NCBI GenBank assembly: GCA_000997945.1
Contig: LCCP01000002.1
Location: 14,284 to 78,283, forward strand
Origin: Parcubacteria group bacterium GW2011_GWC2_42_12
GTDB taxonomy: Bacteria; Patescibacteriota; Patescibacteriia; Patescibacteriales; GWC2-42-12
Direction of reading: 5' to 3'
Length of the DNA: 64,000 bases
The notes under the pieces were generated by a model. That model ran no database searches. It was not told the DNA's origin and worked only from the letters and a program-made list of their open reading frames with translations. Each line of letters opens with the position of its first letter. Positions within the stretch are counted from its first letter, which is position 1. The position numbers and the translations under genes are program-made. This document shows positions 63,421 through 64,000 of the stretch, piece by piece.

Positions 63421-63795
63421 ATGATACGACTTCATAGGTTATTTAAAAGTTTCAGTTACGCTTTTAAGGGTTTAATCAAGACTTTCCGTGAAGAGCAAAA
63501 TTTACGAGTTCAGCTTAGCGCCAGTTTAATAATTGTAATTTTGGGGATCTATTTTAGAATCAGCCGCGGGGAATGGGGTTTGCTTACCCTGGCTATCGCT
63601 TTAGTTTTAATCGTGGAAGTTACCAACAGCGCGGTGGAAAGAATTACCGATGTTTTAAGGCCCAGGATCAATAGTTATGTTAAAGAAATAAAAGACATTA
63701 TGGCGGCGGCGGTTCTCTTATCGTCAATCGCGGCCATGGTTATCGGCTTATTTATCTTTAGCCCCTATGCGTATAAATTATTTGGACAGTTTTAA
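63421..63795 (+). CDS. dgkA: diacylglycerol kinase / undecaprenol kinase (DgkA family)
   Basis: Three TM helices, EVTNSAVERITD motif typical of prokaryotic DAGK. Confidence 0.75.
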   Translation: MIRLHRLFKSFSYAFKGLIKTFREEQNLRVQLSASLIIVILGIYFRISRGEWGLLTLAIALVLIVEVTNSAVERITDVLRPRINSYVKEIKDIMAAAVLLSSIAAMVIGLFIFSPYAYKLFGQF

Positions 63796-63836
63796 ATTAT
63801 TTTAGTATAATTACCATACAAACATAATCGCAACTT

Positions 63837-64000
63837 ATGAAAGGAAACATTATTGCCGGTCTAGACATCGGCTCAACGGCCGTTCGGCTGGTGGTTGGCC
63901 AGAAAACGGCGAATGAAGCTGGAGAACAATTGCAAATTTTAGGCGCGGTTACCGTGCCGGCCGAAGGCATAAATCGCGGCGTGGTTAATAGCATTGAAGA
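63837..64000 (+). CDS. ftsA: cell division protein FtsA (N-terminal fragment, continues beyond window)
   Basis: MKGNIIAGLDIGSTAVRLVVGQ (actin-like phosphate-1 motif). Confidence 0.6.
   Translation, partial: MKGNIIAGLDIGSTAVRLVVGQKTANEAGEQLQILGAVTVPAEGINRGVVNSIE

Overview
Low-GC (~40%) bacterial chromosomal segment. By inference it comes from an uncultivated CPR/Patescibacteria-like genome. The hallmarks are small, densely packed housekeeping genes, mostly without Shine-Dalgarno sequences, a patchy fermentative metabolism (porGDAB), giant Cys-rich surface proteins, and palindromic repeats in nearly every intergenic spacer.

Recognisable genes: rpoB-rpoC, leuS, hisS, topA, dprA, der, pth, ruvA, ksgA/rsmA, ybeY-dgkA-ftsA', lepB, rel/spoT, rpsU-yqeY, murE-like and FemAB, an LCP-family gene, pdaD, a LigD phosphoesterase domain protein, two 7TM sensor histidine kinases (one frameshifted, plus a third as a C-terminal remnant) and two receiver-only response regulators.

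Unusual content:
- At least 17 copies of a nested-palindromic MITE-like repeat with TGTCATTGCGAG...CTCGCAATGACA ends (two subtypes). One sits in the rpoB-rpoC spacer and they split the por operon.
- A second family of short GC-rich hairpins (CCCCYTTRTYARGGGG and relatives) lies in-frame inside rsmA (x3), porA and topA and at the C-terminus of a DUF559 gene.
- A ~4-kb island between porA and porB carries toxin-antitoxin-like pairs (HTH-MNT/HEPN, DUF4258/DUF2283), a VirB2/TrbC-like pilin-domain protein, a non-canonical tRNA-like element and duplicated 5' gene fragments with TTGTA-N6-TACAA operators.
- A tandem locus (50.8-62.9 kb) encodes two giant secreted Cys-rich proteins (943 and 2431 aa) that share the VirB2/TrbC-like N-terminal membrane module; the larger also has IPT/TIG, Fn3 and a C-terminal type-IV-pilin-like domain. 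Two thrombospondin-type-3 calcium-motif proteins follow.
- LeuS carries an inserted RBBP9/YdeN-like alpha/beta-hydrolase domain.
- A tail-fibre-like repeat protein runs into ruvA without a stop codon.

Coordinates may be off by 1-2 nt in places.
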